Source: Octopus sinensis (lineage: Eukaryota). From it: DNA of 64,000 nt. Below are positions 25,425 to 37,667 of the stretch, piece after piece. The notes below the pieces were generated by a model. That model was not told the DNA's origin. It saw nothing but the letters and a program-made list of their open reading frames with translations, and did no database searches. A program made the position numbers and the translations under genes. The stretch's first letter is position 1. Each line of letters starts with the position of its first letter. The stretch is taken from positions 25,295,360 to 25,359,359 of the forward strand of contig NC_043019.1 of the NCBI RefSeq assembly GCF_006345805.1, in the 5' to 3' direction.

Positions 25425-25683
25425 TTGCAGCTTGGAAGGTGTTTGTAAGCCATTTAAGAAACACACAAAAACCGTTACATTCACTTCAACATTTAAATTT
25501 AATTTGCCAAAATATTTTCGTCGCTTTCAGACCGCGACCTGTTCACTGACAAAAATATCGTGCTAACAGGTCGCGGTCTCAAAGCGACGAAAATATTTTG
25601 ACAAATTAAATTTAAATGTTGAAGTGAATCTAACGGTTTTTGTGTGTTTCTTAAATGGCTTATAAACACCTTCAACGCTGCAA
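25425..25683. repeat. Long inverted repeat (~119-bp arms, 21-nt loop)
   Basis: ttgcagcttggaaggtgtttgtaagcc...gaccgcgacctgtt / aacaggtcgcggtc...ggcttataaacaccttcaacgctgcaa. Confidence 0.95.
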
Positions 25684-25847
25684 CTGTTTTCGTTCCAGCA
25701 CACGATCTCAGATCAAGTCACTTGCTATGCAAGTACATCTCTGTAACTATATATATATTTATATATATATATATATATGTATATTGGTAAAAACAGTAAG
25801 ATAACAAAAGAAAGAAAGAGACCTCAATATTATGTAAATAGAGGAAA

Positions 25848-26243
25848 TCTTTATATATAAAAGTGAGGTTGTGTGTCTGTCTCCTACGATTTAGATTCCT
25901 AACTACTCCCACATTTTGCGGTGCAGTTTAACCAAAACCGGGTATCTTATAGTCGTGATTCATATCGAGACCGTCTGGGTATTAGCGCGCGTCTACGATG
26001 AGTCTACGATTTAAAAAAAAAAATTACCATCAATTTTTCCCATTTTTAATCCATTTTTGACATATATAAGGGAAGTAACTCTCTAAAATTTATTATTAAA
26101 TCTCAGAACGTAAAAAGCTACAGTAACACCCCTCCCCCTTTGTGGTTAGCCATATTGAGATGGCTATTATACTTTACATCTCTAAAAATGCTTATATAAT
26201 TATTTCCCTTACAAACCCGAGCAACGCTGGGCGATACTGCTAG
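25848..26243 (+). mobile_element. Non-autonomous Helitron (copy 1)
   Basis: A|TCTTTATATATAAAAG 5' end, subterminal hairpin cccgagcaacgctggg (26216-26231), CTAG|T 3' end, no TSD. Confidence 0.8.
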
Positions 26244-26255
26244 TACATATATATA

Positions 26256-26619
26256 TCTATAAATATATAAACGGCAAAATGTCTGTGTGTGTGTCCTTTA
26301 TACAAATCCGCAATTTTTCAGTTAGACGGCTCGCACTTTCTATGATCATTCAAAACTGTCCAAGGGTGGTCGTGCACATCTTTACATTTCCCCAGTCACC
26401 CCGTTAAGCCATTAAAAATTCAATAGAAATGACTTTTTTGTGAATTTTCTATCCAAAACCGAATCAAAATGCCCGAAACTTGATATGCCAATTGAATGCC
26501 AGCTAGCTGTATGTGATTGGTCGGAGATTTGGACAGTACTCGCGTGTATGTGTGCGCACACGCAGCTGTATATGCATGCACTAGCACTATGACCTGGCAA
26601 CACCGGGTCATAGTGCTAG
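26256..26619 (+). mobile_element. Non-autonomous Helitron (copy 2, different family)
   Basis: A|TCTATAAATATATAAACGGC 5' end, atgacctggcaacaccgggtcat hairpin, CTAG|T 3' end. Confidence 0.75.
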
Positions 26620-26625
26620 TATATA

Positions 26626-26699
<74 letters not shown>

Positions 26700-27573
26700 C
26701 AATATTAAATCTCTGAGCAAGAAGTAGCGTACAGAATCGTGAAGTATATATATAGATATGGCTGGACAATGGGGTTACTCAGGGTTTCACGAGCATAAAG
26801 CGCTTAACTTTACAGCATTTCTTCAGAAACTCGGCCTATGGCCTCACTCAGTGTGCCCATGGGCCTAGGGTCTATATATTCTACTACTCTGTAACTTAGA
26901 GTGTGCTTCTTTTTCGGATTTATGATTCAATGAAGGTATCCATTCATCCGTCGGTCGGTCTTTTTTCAGTTTCTGTATACCAAATCCACTCATAGGGTTT
27001 ACGATCATAAGTCAGATACCCTAAACACTGAGCCAGGCCCCTTCACAGTCCCACATAAATCCACACGAACCACATCGACATTATGCAGTGTTTTTTTTTT
27101 TGTATGCGTTTATTGTTTTAGGGTGTAAGAAGCAGTTATGAAATGGAAGTGTGTGTGTTATGTGTATGTGCTTGCTTACATAATTCCACTCTATTCTAAT
27201 TGTGCGTATATGTAGGAGATAAATGTGTTTAAGGGGTTAATGTGTGTGCGTGTAAATATTTTATTAAACCTCTGATTTTATTCCTAGAATTGTAAAGCTG
27301 ACCTTAAAGGTGCAGATTTGAAGGGAGGTAACCCTGTCAAAAACTCTGAATTATTCCCCTTCCCATATGAGGAAACTAGAACCAGCAGAATTCTAAGATG
27401 GCAGAATATATATATCTTTGTGAAAATAAGTAAAACCTGTGTTGTGACCATTCAACCTGGTTTTTGAAATATTAAATATCTTACTGTTTATTACATAACT
27501 AATGGTAAAACTGACAGTTATCTTAATATTTCAATCTGTTGAATAACACGCATACATACACACACAGTGTTCT

Positions 27574-27610
<37 letters not shown>

Positions 27611-27948
27611 GTCAAAAATTGTGAAGCATGACTGTCAACACTACTACATGAACCCGAAGATTGCAGAATTCAATGCATGAAAGTACTAGTTCAATAAGAA
27701 TGAATATTTAACATTCTACTATTTCATTTTATTTTATTCAATTATAATATATTATCTTATAATATGATATATCATTATAAGATTGTAAATAAAACGTGAA
27801 AATCAGACAAGGTTGGAATTCTTTTTATTAATATATATATATAGATATATATATATAAATAATAATAGGGTAATAAGAAATTACTATTACCAGTGGCCTA
27901 GCACAAAAACGAATTAGTTATTAGACTATATATTATTCACATAGAAAT

Positions 27949-28048
27949 ACAATAAGAGGCTTCCAAATAGGAAAGCCTTGTTTTTGGTTTTGAGTTTTCT
28001 ACTGCTCTTTCTAGCACAAGGCTTTCCTATTTGGAAGCCTCTTATTGT
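27949..28048. repeat. Perfect 33-bp inverted repeat with 34-nt loop
   Basis: acaataagaggcttccaaataggaaagccttgt / acaaggctttcctatttggaagcctcttattgt. Confidence 0.95.
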
Positions 28049-28683
28049 GTATATATATATATATATATATATATACTTATATATATATATACACTGGATC
28101 CTCAATTTAATAAACTATAAATAGGACGGTCTACCCCTTATTACCAAAATGTCTGTTTAATTAAACATATATAATTTAGATTTTATGTTAAAGACAATAA
28201 GTTTTTTGACAATCCTTCGGTACTGATAGATGATGTCATTCACTCACACAACATTTCCCTTGTGACATAGATGAAGAGGCTAGGCTGAAAAAGAGAGTGA
28301 ATGATGATGTCTCCTCAATATGAAAGAATCAGTAGGCTCTTTTTTTTCTTTTTTTTTTTGTTAAAGTAGAAGAAAACTTTAATAGAGTATTCACTCATGC
28401 AAAACATATAATTGTGTTAGCTTGTAATAAAGAGTAAATTTTTACTTAACTTTCTGACAGAATCTTTGAAGAGTTGTTTGTCCTGACCACAGAGATAACG
28501 CATCATTGTTATCATTTTCTTTTAACGTCCATCTTTTCCATGCTGGCATGGGTTGGAACACTATAACAGTCTTTGTTGATGATCTGAAGGTAAAATCGTC
28601 AGTTTCTGACTCTTTTTAAATATGCCCCAAAGAGAGGCCCTGGGGTTGTCTATTTCTTGTGGTTTACTTGTGATGTCTTGTGA

Positions 28684-29018
28684 AGGCGCATGGCTCAGTG
28701 GTTAGAGTGTTGAGCTTACGATCATGAGGTTGTGAGTTCGAATCCTGGACTGGGCTGCGTGTTGTGTTCTTGAACAAGACACTTTATTTCACGTTGCTCC
28801 AGTTCACTCAGCTGTAGAAATGAGTTGCGATGTCACAGGTGCCAAGCTGTATCGGCCTTTGCCTTTCCCTTCGATAACATTGGTGGTGTGGAGAAGGGAC
28901 AACGCCAGTATGCATGGGTGACTGCTCGTCTTCCACAAACAACTTTGCCTGGACTTGTGCCTAGGAGGGTAACTGTCTAGGTGCAGTCCCATGGTCAGTC
29001 ATGACCGAAGAGTGTCTT
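28684..29018 (+). mobile_element. SINE family C (tRNA head ggcgcatggctcagtggttagag; core ttgagcaagacactttatttcacgttgctccagttcactcagctg)
   Basis: A/B-box-like head; near-identical copy at 21204. Confidence 0.85.
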
Positions 29019-29980
29019 AGCATACTTGTGATGTATACTTAGCATACCTGTGATCTATAAGCCATTGGTTGTGAAAGAGAAGCAGATATCAGTGAAGTTA
29101 GTCTGCAGAATGCATCCAACTTGTTTGCTTTTCTGACACTTTTTGTTAAGTGATAACTTAACAAAAGAATTTATGTATAAACTTTTGAGAGAATGTGAAA
29201 TAATTCTTTTTGGGGACTAGATTTCAAGGCTGTGAATAATAGTGTGTAGATATTGAGTTAACACCCCCCCCCCTTCGGATAGGAAAAGTCAAAAGTTGCT
29301 TGTGTGTGTCACAAGCCAATACCAATTGTACACATGACAGGTGTTCTACCATTAGACCAAAGCAATCCTTCAGATCCCTTTGTGTGTTTTAGAAACTTAA
29401 TTCTTACCAGTGAGAAATTGTAATTTGCCAATGGCATAAGTATTTATAAACTTTCATGGGAATATGAGATGATTCTTTTTCGGAACAGTGGATCTCCAAG
29501 CACATCTCATAAAGCTATAAATAATAGTATGTAAATATTGGGTTGTAAAACCCTTTTGGATAACAAAAAATGTGGGACTCAAACACACATTTGCTGTGGA
29601 AAATGTTAATAAAAACAAACATTGTGTGAGTCTTGAAGTGACATCCACCACAGAGTGGATAGCCTGAAGATCTTCCTATGGAGTGAATCTTTCTGTGGAC
29701 TCGAAACAGAAGGACAAGTCTATTCGTTGCTAACTAAAACACAGGCAATACTGAAATCATGTGTGTTCCATCTACATAATTACATGTAACCTTAACACAC
29801 ACACACACACACCACACACACACACACACTCACTGTGGCCTATACAAATTACATATGCACATTTACTTGTGTGTGTACAAATTGTTACATACACACACAC
29901 GCATGCTCTCTCTTTCTCTCTCTCTCTCTCTCTAACTTTCTCTCAATCTTTCTTTCTCTCTTTCTTACTCACATAGTCTT

Positions 29981-30024
<44 letters not shown>

Positions 30025-31099
30025 TCTCTCATACACACACTTTGTCTCTCCCTCACACACAATCTTACCCTCTCTCTCTTTTCTCACACTCACACACACA
30101 CACACTCTTTCTCTCTCTCTCCCTCCCTCTCTGTCCCCCCCACTTTCTACAACTCTCACACAATCAAAACTTTATCAACTGACTCCAACCCAACCTTTAC
30201 TTTTCATTAAAGTTAACCTTCACAAGTCTCCTCCACCCACCCCTCACACACACACACACCTGTCTATTCATCCTCTCATTGTGAGGCAAAGAGGAGGGGG
30301 AGGAGGAGACGGCGGACACCTATGCGGTCACTCAACATGCTAGATATAGCAGTCAAATCACCTTTAAACCACAATATAAATCTTAAAAACAGTGAAGGAA
30401 AAACTGAATGATTTGTTGTTAGAAAACCTTAAACATACCTGAAGGGCACAGATGGAATGTCGTTGATCACGGCGCTGCTCACTCTCCAATGACCTGTGGT
30501 TAAACAACATCAACAACAATCTGAAATTCTCTTTTCTTTCAGCACAAAGTACCATAACTCTCTCATACTGTTTTCTGCCACCCCCTTTCGTTCCCCCACC
30601 TCCCACCACTCATAAATTGCATACACACACACACACACACACATATACATATGCACAGCCTTCCATTCATCTATCATTACCCTATTTGCCAGAAACTCCA
30701 GTAATATTTCTTTTTTTTATTTTTGTTTTTGCTCTTTTATTTGTTTGGTGTTTTGTTTTAAAATCTCGTCTTTTATTTCATGTTGTCTCCTCCACCTCTC
30801 CCCCATGTCTCCTTCCCATAATTCCCTACCAAAAAAACCTCTCTCTCCTTCCCCACCAAAAGGTTTCATCTCTCTCTCGCTTACTCTCTCTCTCTCTCTT
30901 ACTCTCTCTCCATTCTGTTGATTATTAATTTCATTAAGTTATTCTTTTATTTATCCATTCTGCTTTTAATTATTAATTATTCATTCTGTTAAAAACCATT
31001 ATTCATCAAATCAGGGCTTCTTTTAAATTAAGAGTTTACTCTGTATGTTCATGAGTGTGCATGCATGCATGTGTGTATATAAGCCTCTATATGTGTGTG

Positions 31100-31135
<36 letters not shown>

Positions 31136-31376
31136 CTTTTTAAAGCTGAAACAGATTCACTGATTGTTACTCAGAATTTCATGTCACTGTTCACCAAATA
31201 GGAACTGTCATGTGAAACTGAGCAACACTTTCTGATGATTCTTTTCAGCTTCAATAAAATATTTCCCTGCCTTTGCTATACAGCTACTAATTTTTCCTCT
31301 TTGTCTTACACCAAAGTGCTTACTTGTATGTATACACCCCCACACATCCGTCTGTCTGTCTATTTATCTGACTGTC

Positions 31377-31612
31377 GATAAGGCGGCGAGCTGGCAGAAA
31401 CGTTAGCACGCCGGGCGAAATGCGTAGCCATATTTCGTCTGCCGTTACGTTCTGAGTTCAAATTCCGCTGAGGTTGACTTTGCCTTTCATCCTTTCGGGG
31501 TCAATAAATTAAGTACCAGTTACACACTGGGGTCGATGTAAACCACTTAATCCGTTTGTCTGTCCTTGTTTGTCCCCTCTGTGTTTAGCCCCTTGTGGGC
31601 AGTAAAGAAATG
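31377..31612 (+). mobile_element. SINE family B, full length with 16-bp TSD
   Basis: ggcggcgagctggcagaa A-box-like and gagttcaaattcc B-box-like motifs. Flanked by perfect TATTTATCTGACTGTC at 31361-31376 and 31613-31628. Confidence 0.9.
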
Positions 31613-31819
31613 TATTTATCTGACTGTCTGTCTATCTGTCTGTCTATTTATCTGTCTGTCTATGTGTCTGCCCGTCTATCTGTTTGTCTATCTGTTTGTC
31701 TATCTGTTTGTCTGTCTGTCTTTGAGTTAAGTAGAAGTATTATATAAGTGAAATTTTGAATAACACAGTTGAAAACCATGTGGTGTATTATTTTTTAGGA
31801 GCAAAACTTATTTTAAACA

Positions 31820-32215
31820 CTTACTTACTTGTACTTATAATGGCTTTCACTCAGGGCGAGTTGAGCCGACGTCTTCTCTGGTTCTGATGGTATCATGAAC
31901 CATGGCGGCCCACGCTCGATGGTCCTGTGCGAGGTCACTAGTGATAGCGAGCCATTTGCGGTTCCATCTGCGCAGACCGACCACCTGCAGGCCTGAGAGT
32001 TTGGAGAGGTCCTCCTTTATCGTCCTTGCCCAGGTCTTCAGCTGCCCGCCCTTGCGTTTGCGTCAGTTGGGAAATGGAGATGGGAAGAGGACATCACGAA
32101 TCAGCTCGCCCTCTGGACACTGGGCTGCATGACCGAACCACCTTAAGCGCCGTTGTAGACGCATCGAAGGTAGGGGCCGGAGATTCAGGCGATGACGAAG
32201 ACTGGCCAGTCTTAT
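31820..32215 (-). mobile_element. RTE-type LINE 3' fragment
   Basis: Minus translation MRLQRRLRWFGHAAQCPEGELIRD..*RKRKGGQLKTWARTIKEDL..LAQDHRAW, with one internal stop and an (AAGT)n tail. Confidence 0.85.
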
Positions 32216-33220
32216 TTTAAACAACGAATCATTGATCCACAAAATGATATTTCAGTGAAAAAACAGAAAAACCCTTGACAAGATTCTTGTGAATCGTAGT
32301 ATTTTAAAGAGACTCACTCAACAATCTCAGCTCGATGTTCAGGTTGCAGATAATCCATTCGTACATAAAGCTTCATCAATGGTTCATTTTAGTTTGTCCA
32401 CATTACTCTGAAAGGAGCATAGGTGTTCTGGTTTCTCTGGCGAATATATACTCCACCCTGAATAGGACACTAGTCCTTTGCAGGATTACTCATTTTGACC
32501 AACTGAAAGACGTGAAATGAAGTGTTTTGCTATAGAACACAATGCATTGCCCAGTCCATGAATTGAAACCACAATCATAATCACTAAGCCTAACCATTAA
32601 GCCATGCCCCTGGTTCTCTTCCATTGGACCAAAATCTTGCTTAAACAAGTGGGTCACTCTTAGTGAGGAATACCGTTACGGATATTTGAATCCTCTCGTC
32701 ATTAGATGAAGTTACATTGAAATTTCATCTGTCTTGTGTAGTAATGTTTGTTGTAATATTTGTTTTATCCTCTCCTTTCTCAAATGTTTGGCAAAAGCGT
32801 GAATTTTAAATCCTCATGAAATATTAGAAACTTGTATAGATACACTGGCACCCACCCATCCACCCAAGAAAAACACACACATGGACAGACTGTCACAGTT
32901 CTGGTAACAGAAACACAGCTTAGTAATACTTTACTAAAAATCCTCCACAACTACACCCAGGATGGTTTATTTTATTCAGCAACACAACTTCTGTACAATC
33001 TCCGTCTGGACTGTGGATGATACTACTCTGCATCACACACCTCTCAACGTCTCTTGCTTCCCAAACGGCAGCTGCTCTTTTTGTTTTTTTGCCAAGAGAA
33101 TCTTTACCAAATTCCTAGAATCTTTGTTTCTTTCATCTCTCAATCATGATGTTTCTTAGAGCAGTATATCCATGGAAAAAAGTTTCCATGTTCACCACTT
33201 TCTTCACATATATTTCTTCA

Positions 33221-33400
33221 CACAGGAATGGCTGTGTGGTAAGTAGCTTGCTTACCAACCACACGGTTCCGGGTTCAGTCCCACTGCGTGGCACCTTGGG
33301 AAAGTGTCTTCTACTATAGCCTCAGGCCGACCAAAGCCTTGTGAGTGGATTTGGTTGATGGAAACTGAAAGAAACCTGTCGTGTATATATATAATATATA

Positions 33401-33435
<35 letters not shown>

Positions 33436-33666
33436 GTGTGTGTGTTTGTTTGTGTCTGTGCTTGTCCTCCCAACATCGCTTGACAACCGATGCTGGTATG
33501 TTTATGTCCCCGTTACTTAGCGGTTCGGCAAAAGAGACAGATAGAATAAGTACTAGGCTTATGAAGAATAAGTTCTAGGGTCGATTTGCTCGACTAAAAG
33601 GCGGTGCTCCAGCATTGCCACAGTCAAATGACTGAAACAAGTAAAAGAGTAGAAGAGAGTAAAGAG
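33221..33666 (+). mobile_element. SINE family A
   Basis: Full-length similarity to the 53705 copy. Confidence 0.85.
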
Positions 33667-33789
33667 TATATAATTCTACCCTACACATATTAAGTAAATC
33701 TCTTTAAAAATTGCCCCTTTTCCCTCTGTAAAGCTCAACCATCACTCTGTACCCCCGCCCCCCGTTACTCTGTCAGTTACAACACTGAA

Positions 33790-34085
33790 GATTCCATTTG
33801 ATCCAGTCATTGGAACAGCCTCCTTATGAAATTAACATTGAAGTGGCTGAGTACCCCACAAATGCCATCACCCTTAACATGGTTCTCAGGGAGATTCAGC
33901 ATGACAGAGAGTGTGACAAAGCTGGCTCTTTCGTATTACAGGTACGACTTGTTTTTGCCAGCTGAGTGAACTGGAGCAATGTGAAGTAAAGAGTCTTGCT
34001 CAAGGACCCAATGTGTGGCCCGGAATCGAACTCTTGATCTCATGATTGCAAGCGAGTTATCCCTAACCACTAAGCCACACGCCTT
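33790..34085 (-). mobile_element. SINE family C variant
   Basis: Reverse core cagctgagtgaactggagcaatgtgaagtaaagagtcttgctcaagg. Relatives at ~1830-2105, 7850-8025, 32400-32605, 57803-58014 and 62760-62880. Confidence 0.75.
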
Positions 34086-34540
34086 CACACACACACACAC
34101 ACACACACGAAAATGTGAAAATTCGTAGTCTCACACGCACACACCTTGCTCCATGGTTTTGTGTGATGTCTTGTTAGATTGCTAATTTGCAGAATTTGTT
34201 GACAGAATTCTCTCTGAGTCACATTCTGTCAGCACTGGGGTGTTTCACAAAGGTCCCTTACTGCTCCACACTCACTATACCCTTGCATTCTATATGCCGT
34301 CACATTTAATAATCCCTACCCCATTACAGATCACGCCACCCTTCATCGCTCTCATGTGTTCCACATTTAAATATCATCCACATGAGACCTGAGCACTTCA
34401 TGTTCGGTTTGCCCTGTCTCCATGAACTAACATCTCAACTGGGACCATGTAGGTACATACATAGATATGTATATATATATATATATATGTATGCATGTGT
34501 GTGTGTATGTATGTGTGTGTGTGTGTGTGTGTGTGTATAT

Positions 34541-34904
34541 TCTTTTATTCTTTTACTTGTTTCAGTCATTTGACTGCAGCCATGCTGGAGCACAGCCTTT
34601 AGTCGAACAAACTGACCCCAAGACTTATTATTTGTAGGCCTAGTACTTATTCTATCGGTCTCTTTTTGCTGAACCACTAAGTTACAGGGACATAAACACA
34701 CCAGCATCGGTTGTCAAGCGATGTTGCGGGGACACACACACATATGATAGGTTTCTTTCAATTTCTGTCTACCAAATCCACTCACAAGGCTTTGGTTGGC
34801 CCGAGGCTATAGTAGAAGACATTTGCCCAAGTTACCACACAGTGGGACTGAACCCGGAACCATGTGGTTGGTAAACAAGCTTACCACACAATCACTCCTG
34901 CGCC
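34541..34904 (-). mobile_element. SINE family A
   Basis: Reverse complement of family A; abuts a family D element. Confidence 0.85.
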
Positions 34905-34905
34905 T

Positions 34906-35271
34906 ATCATCATCATCATCATCGTTTAACGTCCGTTTTCCATGCTGGCAAGGGTTGGACGGTTCGACCGGGGATCTGGGAAGCCAGAAGGCTGCACCAG
35001 GCTCCAGTCTTATCTGGCAATGTTTCTACAGCTGGATGCCCTTCCTAGTGCCGACCACTCCGTGAGTGTAGTGGGTGCTTTTTACGTGCCACCTGCACAG
35101 GTGCCAGGCGAGGCTGGCAACGGCCACAGTCGGATTGGTGTATTTTACGTGCCACCGGCACGGAGGCCAGTCGAGGCGGCGCTGGCATTGGCCATGAGTC
35201 GGATAGTGCTTTTTACGTACCACCAGACCAGGGATCCTGGCTGGTTCAATTCGATTTCGATTTTGCTTGCC

Positions 35272-35272
<1 letters not shown>
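34906..35272 (-). mobile_element. SINE/non-autonomous element family D with RTE-like (GAT)n tail
   Basis: catcatcatcgtttaacgtccgttttccatgctggc... Relatives at 1-280(-), 5500-6045(+), 6448-6625(-), 8900-9185(+), 20050-20260(+), 48715-48885(-) and 56930-57050(+). Confidence 0.75.
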
Positions 35273-35319
<47 letters not shown>

Positions 35320-35689
35320 GTGAGAGAGAGAGCAGCACAAGCATGGCTATGTGGTTAGGAAGCCATACCACTTCGTGGTACCTTGGGCTATAGCCTCAGG
35401 CTGATCAAAGCCTTGTGAATGAATTTAGTTGGTAAAAGTTCTACTGCATGTATATATGTGTGAAAGTGCTTGTGTTTCCTTTCATAGAATGGAGGGGAAT
35501 ACACACACATATGCATCTGTGGATACATATATACAAATACATACATATGTACATACATGTATGTGTGTCTAGTAATGTAAGGGTTGTAAAGTATATTAAA
35601 ACATTTTTATTTAGAGCAAACCTTTATCTGATACAGAAACCAATGTATCAGCTAGAATAGATATATATATATATGCTTACTACACACAA

Positions 35690-35721
<32 letters not shown>

Positions 35722-37667
35722 GCAAACCAGTTGAGATACAAGTAAAACCCACAGGCAGACAAATATTAAGTTATGATGTAACTCTGTTTGAAATATTTTC
35801 TCTTTATCAGAGATGCAATCAGATGTTGAAGAATTCTGGAGCAGAGATGTGTATAGATGATGGCAGACTTAGCTGGTTTTCAAAATACATTAGAAATAAA
35901 GAAATAAAGAAAAACAAATAATAAATAAGTAGATAAAAAAGTTTAAATGGAGAGACTGCCAAATGTGATTGTTAGCAAGGTCAATATCACTATGAAAACA
36001 AGGACTGTTGCTACATGTGTGTATGTGTGTATACACACACACACATGCAGATGTATGTGTGTGTAATATACTGTTCCGTTATTGGTGAGATCAACAAAAA
36101 GTACTCCATTTATAGAGAAAGAGATAAATATCATTTAATATACACAGGATTTAAATTTAGACGTGAGCTACGATAAGTTTCATGTTTCTCATGATACACC
36201 AGTTGGATGAGCTTATATAACCTGGTGTGTACTATTGTGAAACCTTTCAGGCTCAAAATACAATATAGCTGTTCTCTGAAAAAAAGGGAGAAAGAATGAA
36301 CGAGAGATAAAAGTTGTATCCTTTTGGTTCTTTAGAATAAGAATTAGCAATGGTTGGTGTGGTTAATTTGACAAGGAAGCATTAGAAGAGGAACTTATCC
36401 AAATGCTTGCATTAAGTGAAAATTTCAGGTCTAAAATTTAGTAAATTGGTGATCTTAGATTTAAAGAGGATATAGGTTTTTTTTTTGCTATATGAAGCCT
36501 GCATCTTCTTGATCCATTAATGTATGGTAGGGATCATTCTACAGTGCTCCACTAATTTTGTGGTTTTCTTCTCGCCTATGTTGCCTATGTGTCAGAAAGA
36601 AGACTGGTAGTTGGCATATCTTTTTGTTTATATTTACTTTCACATACATGAATATACTTCTAACAAAGATGTACAGGTGTCAATTCATTATGGCTGTTTC
36701 AAGTGACTCCTTTTATTGATTAATGGAAACATTAACATCATTTGAAAGTATCTTTGTATAAAATCTGTGTCTGAACTACCAAATGCAGATCTTTTCATTC
36801 AGCTGGGTTGTGTCATCTGCTGCACACACAGCAGGAATATCAGGTGCAAACACTCCTGTACAGAGTTTTGATATGCTATATCAAATGTTGTCTTAAGGCA
36901 TAAGGTATACACTTGCATTCACACACACTCACCTCTATATTATCCCTCCACCTGTCCATTTGTCTCAGTACAAGAGTATATATAATATATGCTGGTACAG
37001 CACCTCCCTTAGTGTAAGACTGTATAAGGGATAGTAAGTCGTCCCTTCTGTCTGTAGACTCGGATGGCACCATGGGCAAGTGCTAACAACCTCCTTAGTC
37101 TCCTATGCCAGGGACATGGTGAGGACACTGGCGGCAGGATGTTGGATAATGTCCTACTGGCAGAGGATTCCTAAACCAATTGCTTGAAAGTTATTGCAAC
37201 CAACTGGAAGTTCTCTCTCCCATCAGACAACAGTTGGGCCTCTACGAACAAGTGAGCTGCTACTGCGGGTCAATTTCATCATTGACCTTCTTTATTGCAC
37301 TCTTGTATAACACTTGGTACTTGGTAAGGGAGGCCCAGAGAGACAGTCTGGTGGGGAGACGGTGCCATCTGCCCTACTCACTGTCCAAAGGCGTTTTGTT
37401 CATACAATTCTGTATAGAAAAGTCAATGTCAGTGCAGTGGACAGCCGACAGTGTATCGATGACAGGCTTCTTACAGTTCTTGTCTACCAAATTCCTTCAC
37501 AAGGCATTGGGCAGGCTTATCATATAGAGCACTGATGCTGCATTGTAGGATTGAACATGCAACCATGTGGCTGCAAAGTGAATTTCTGAACCATGTTGGC
37601 ATACCTGTATCTCTGGATGTGACTCTTTGTGTGTGTGTGTGTGTGTGTGTGAGTGTGTGTGATCATA

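Noticed and set aside
31377-31480. tRNA-like A/B boxes here and in other SINE heads
   Set aside because: No complete cloverleaf; these are SINE promoters, not tRNA genes.
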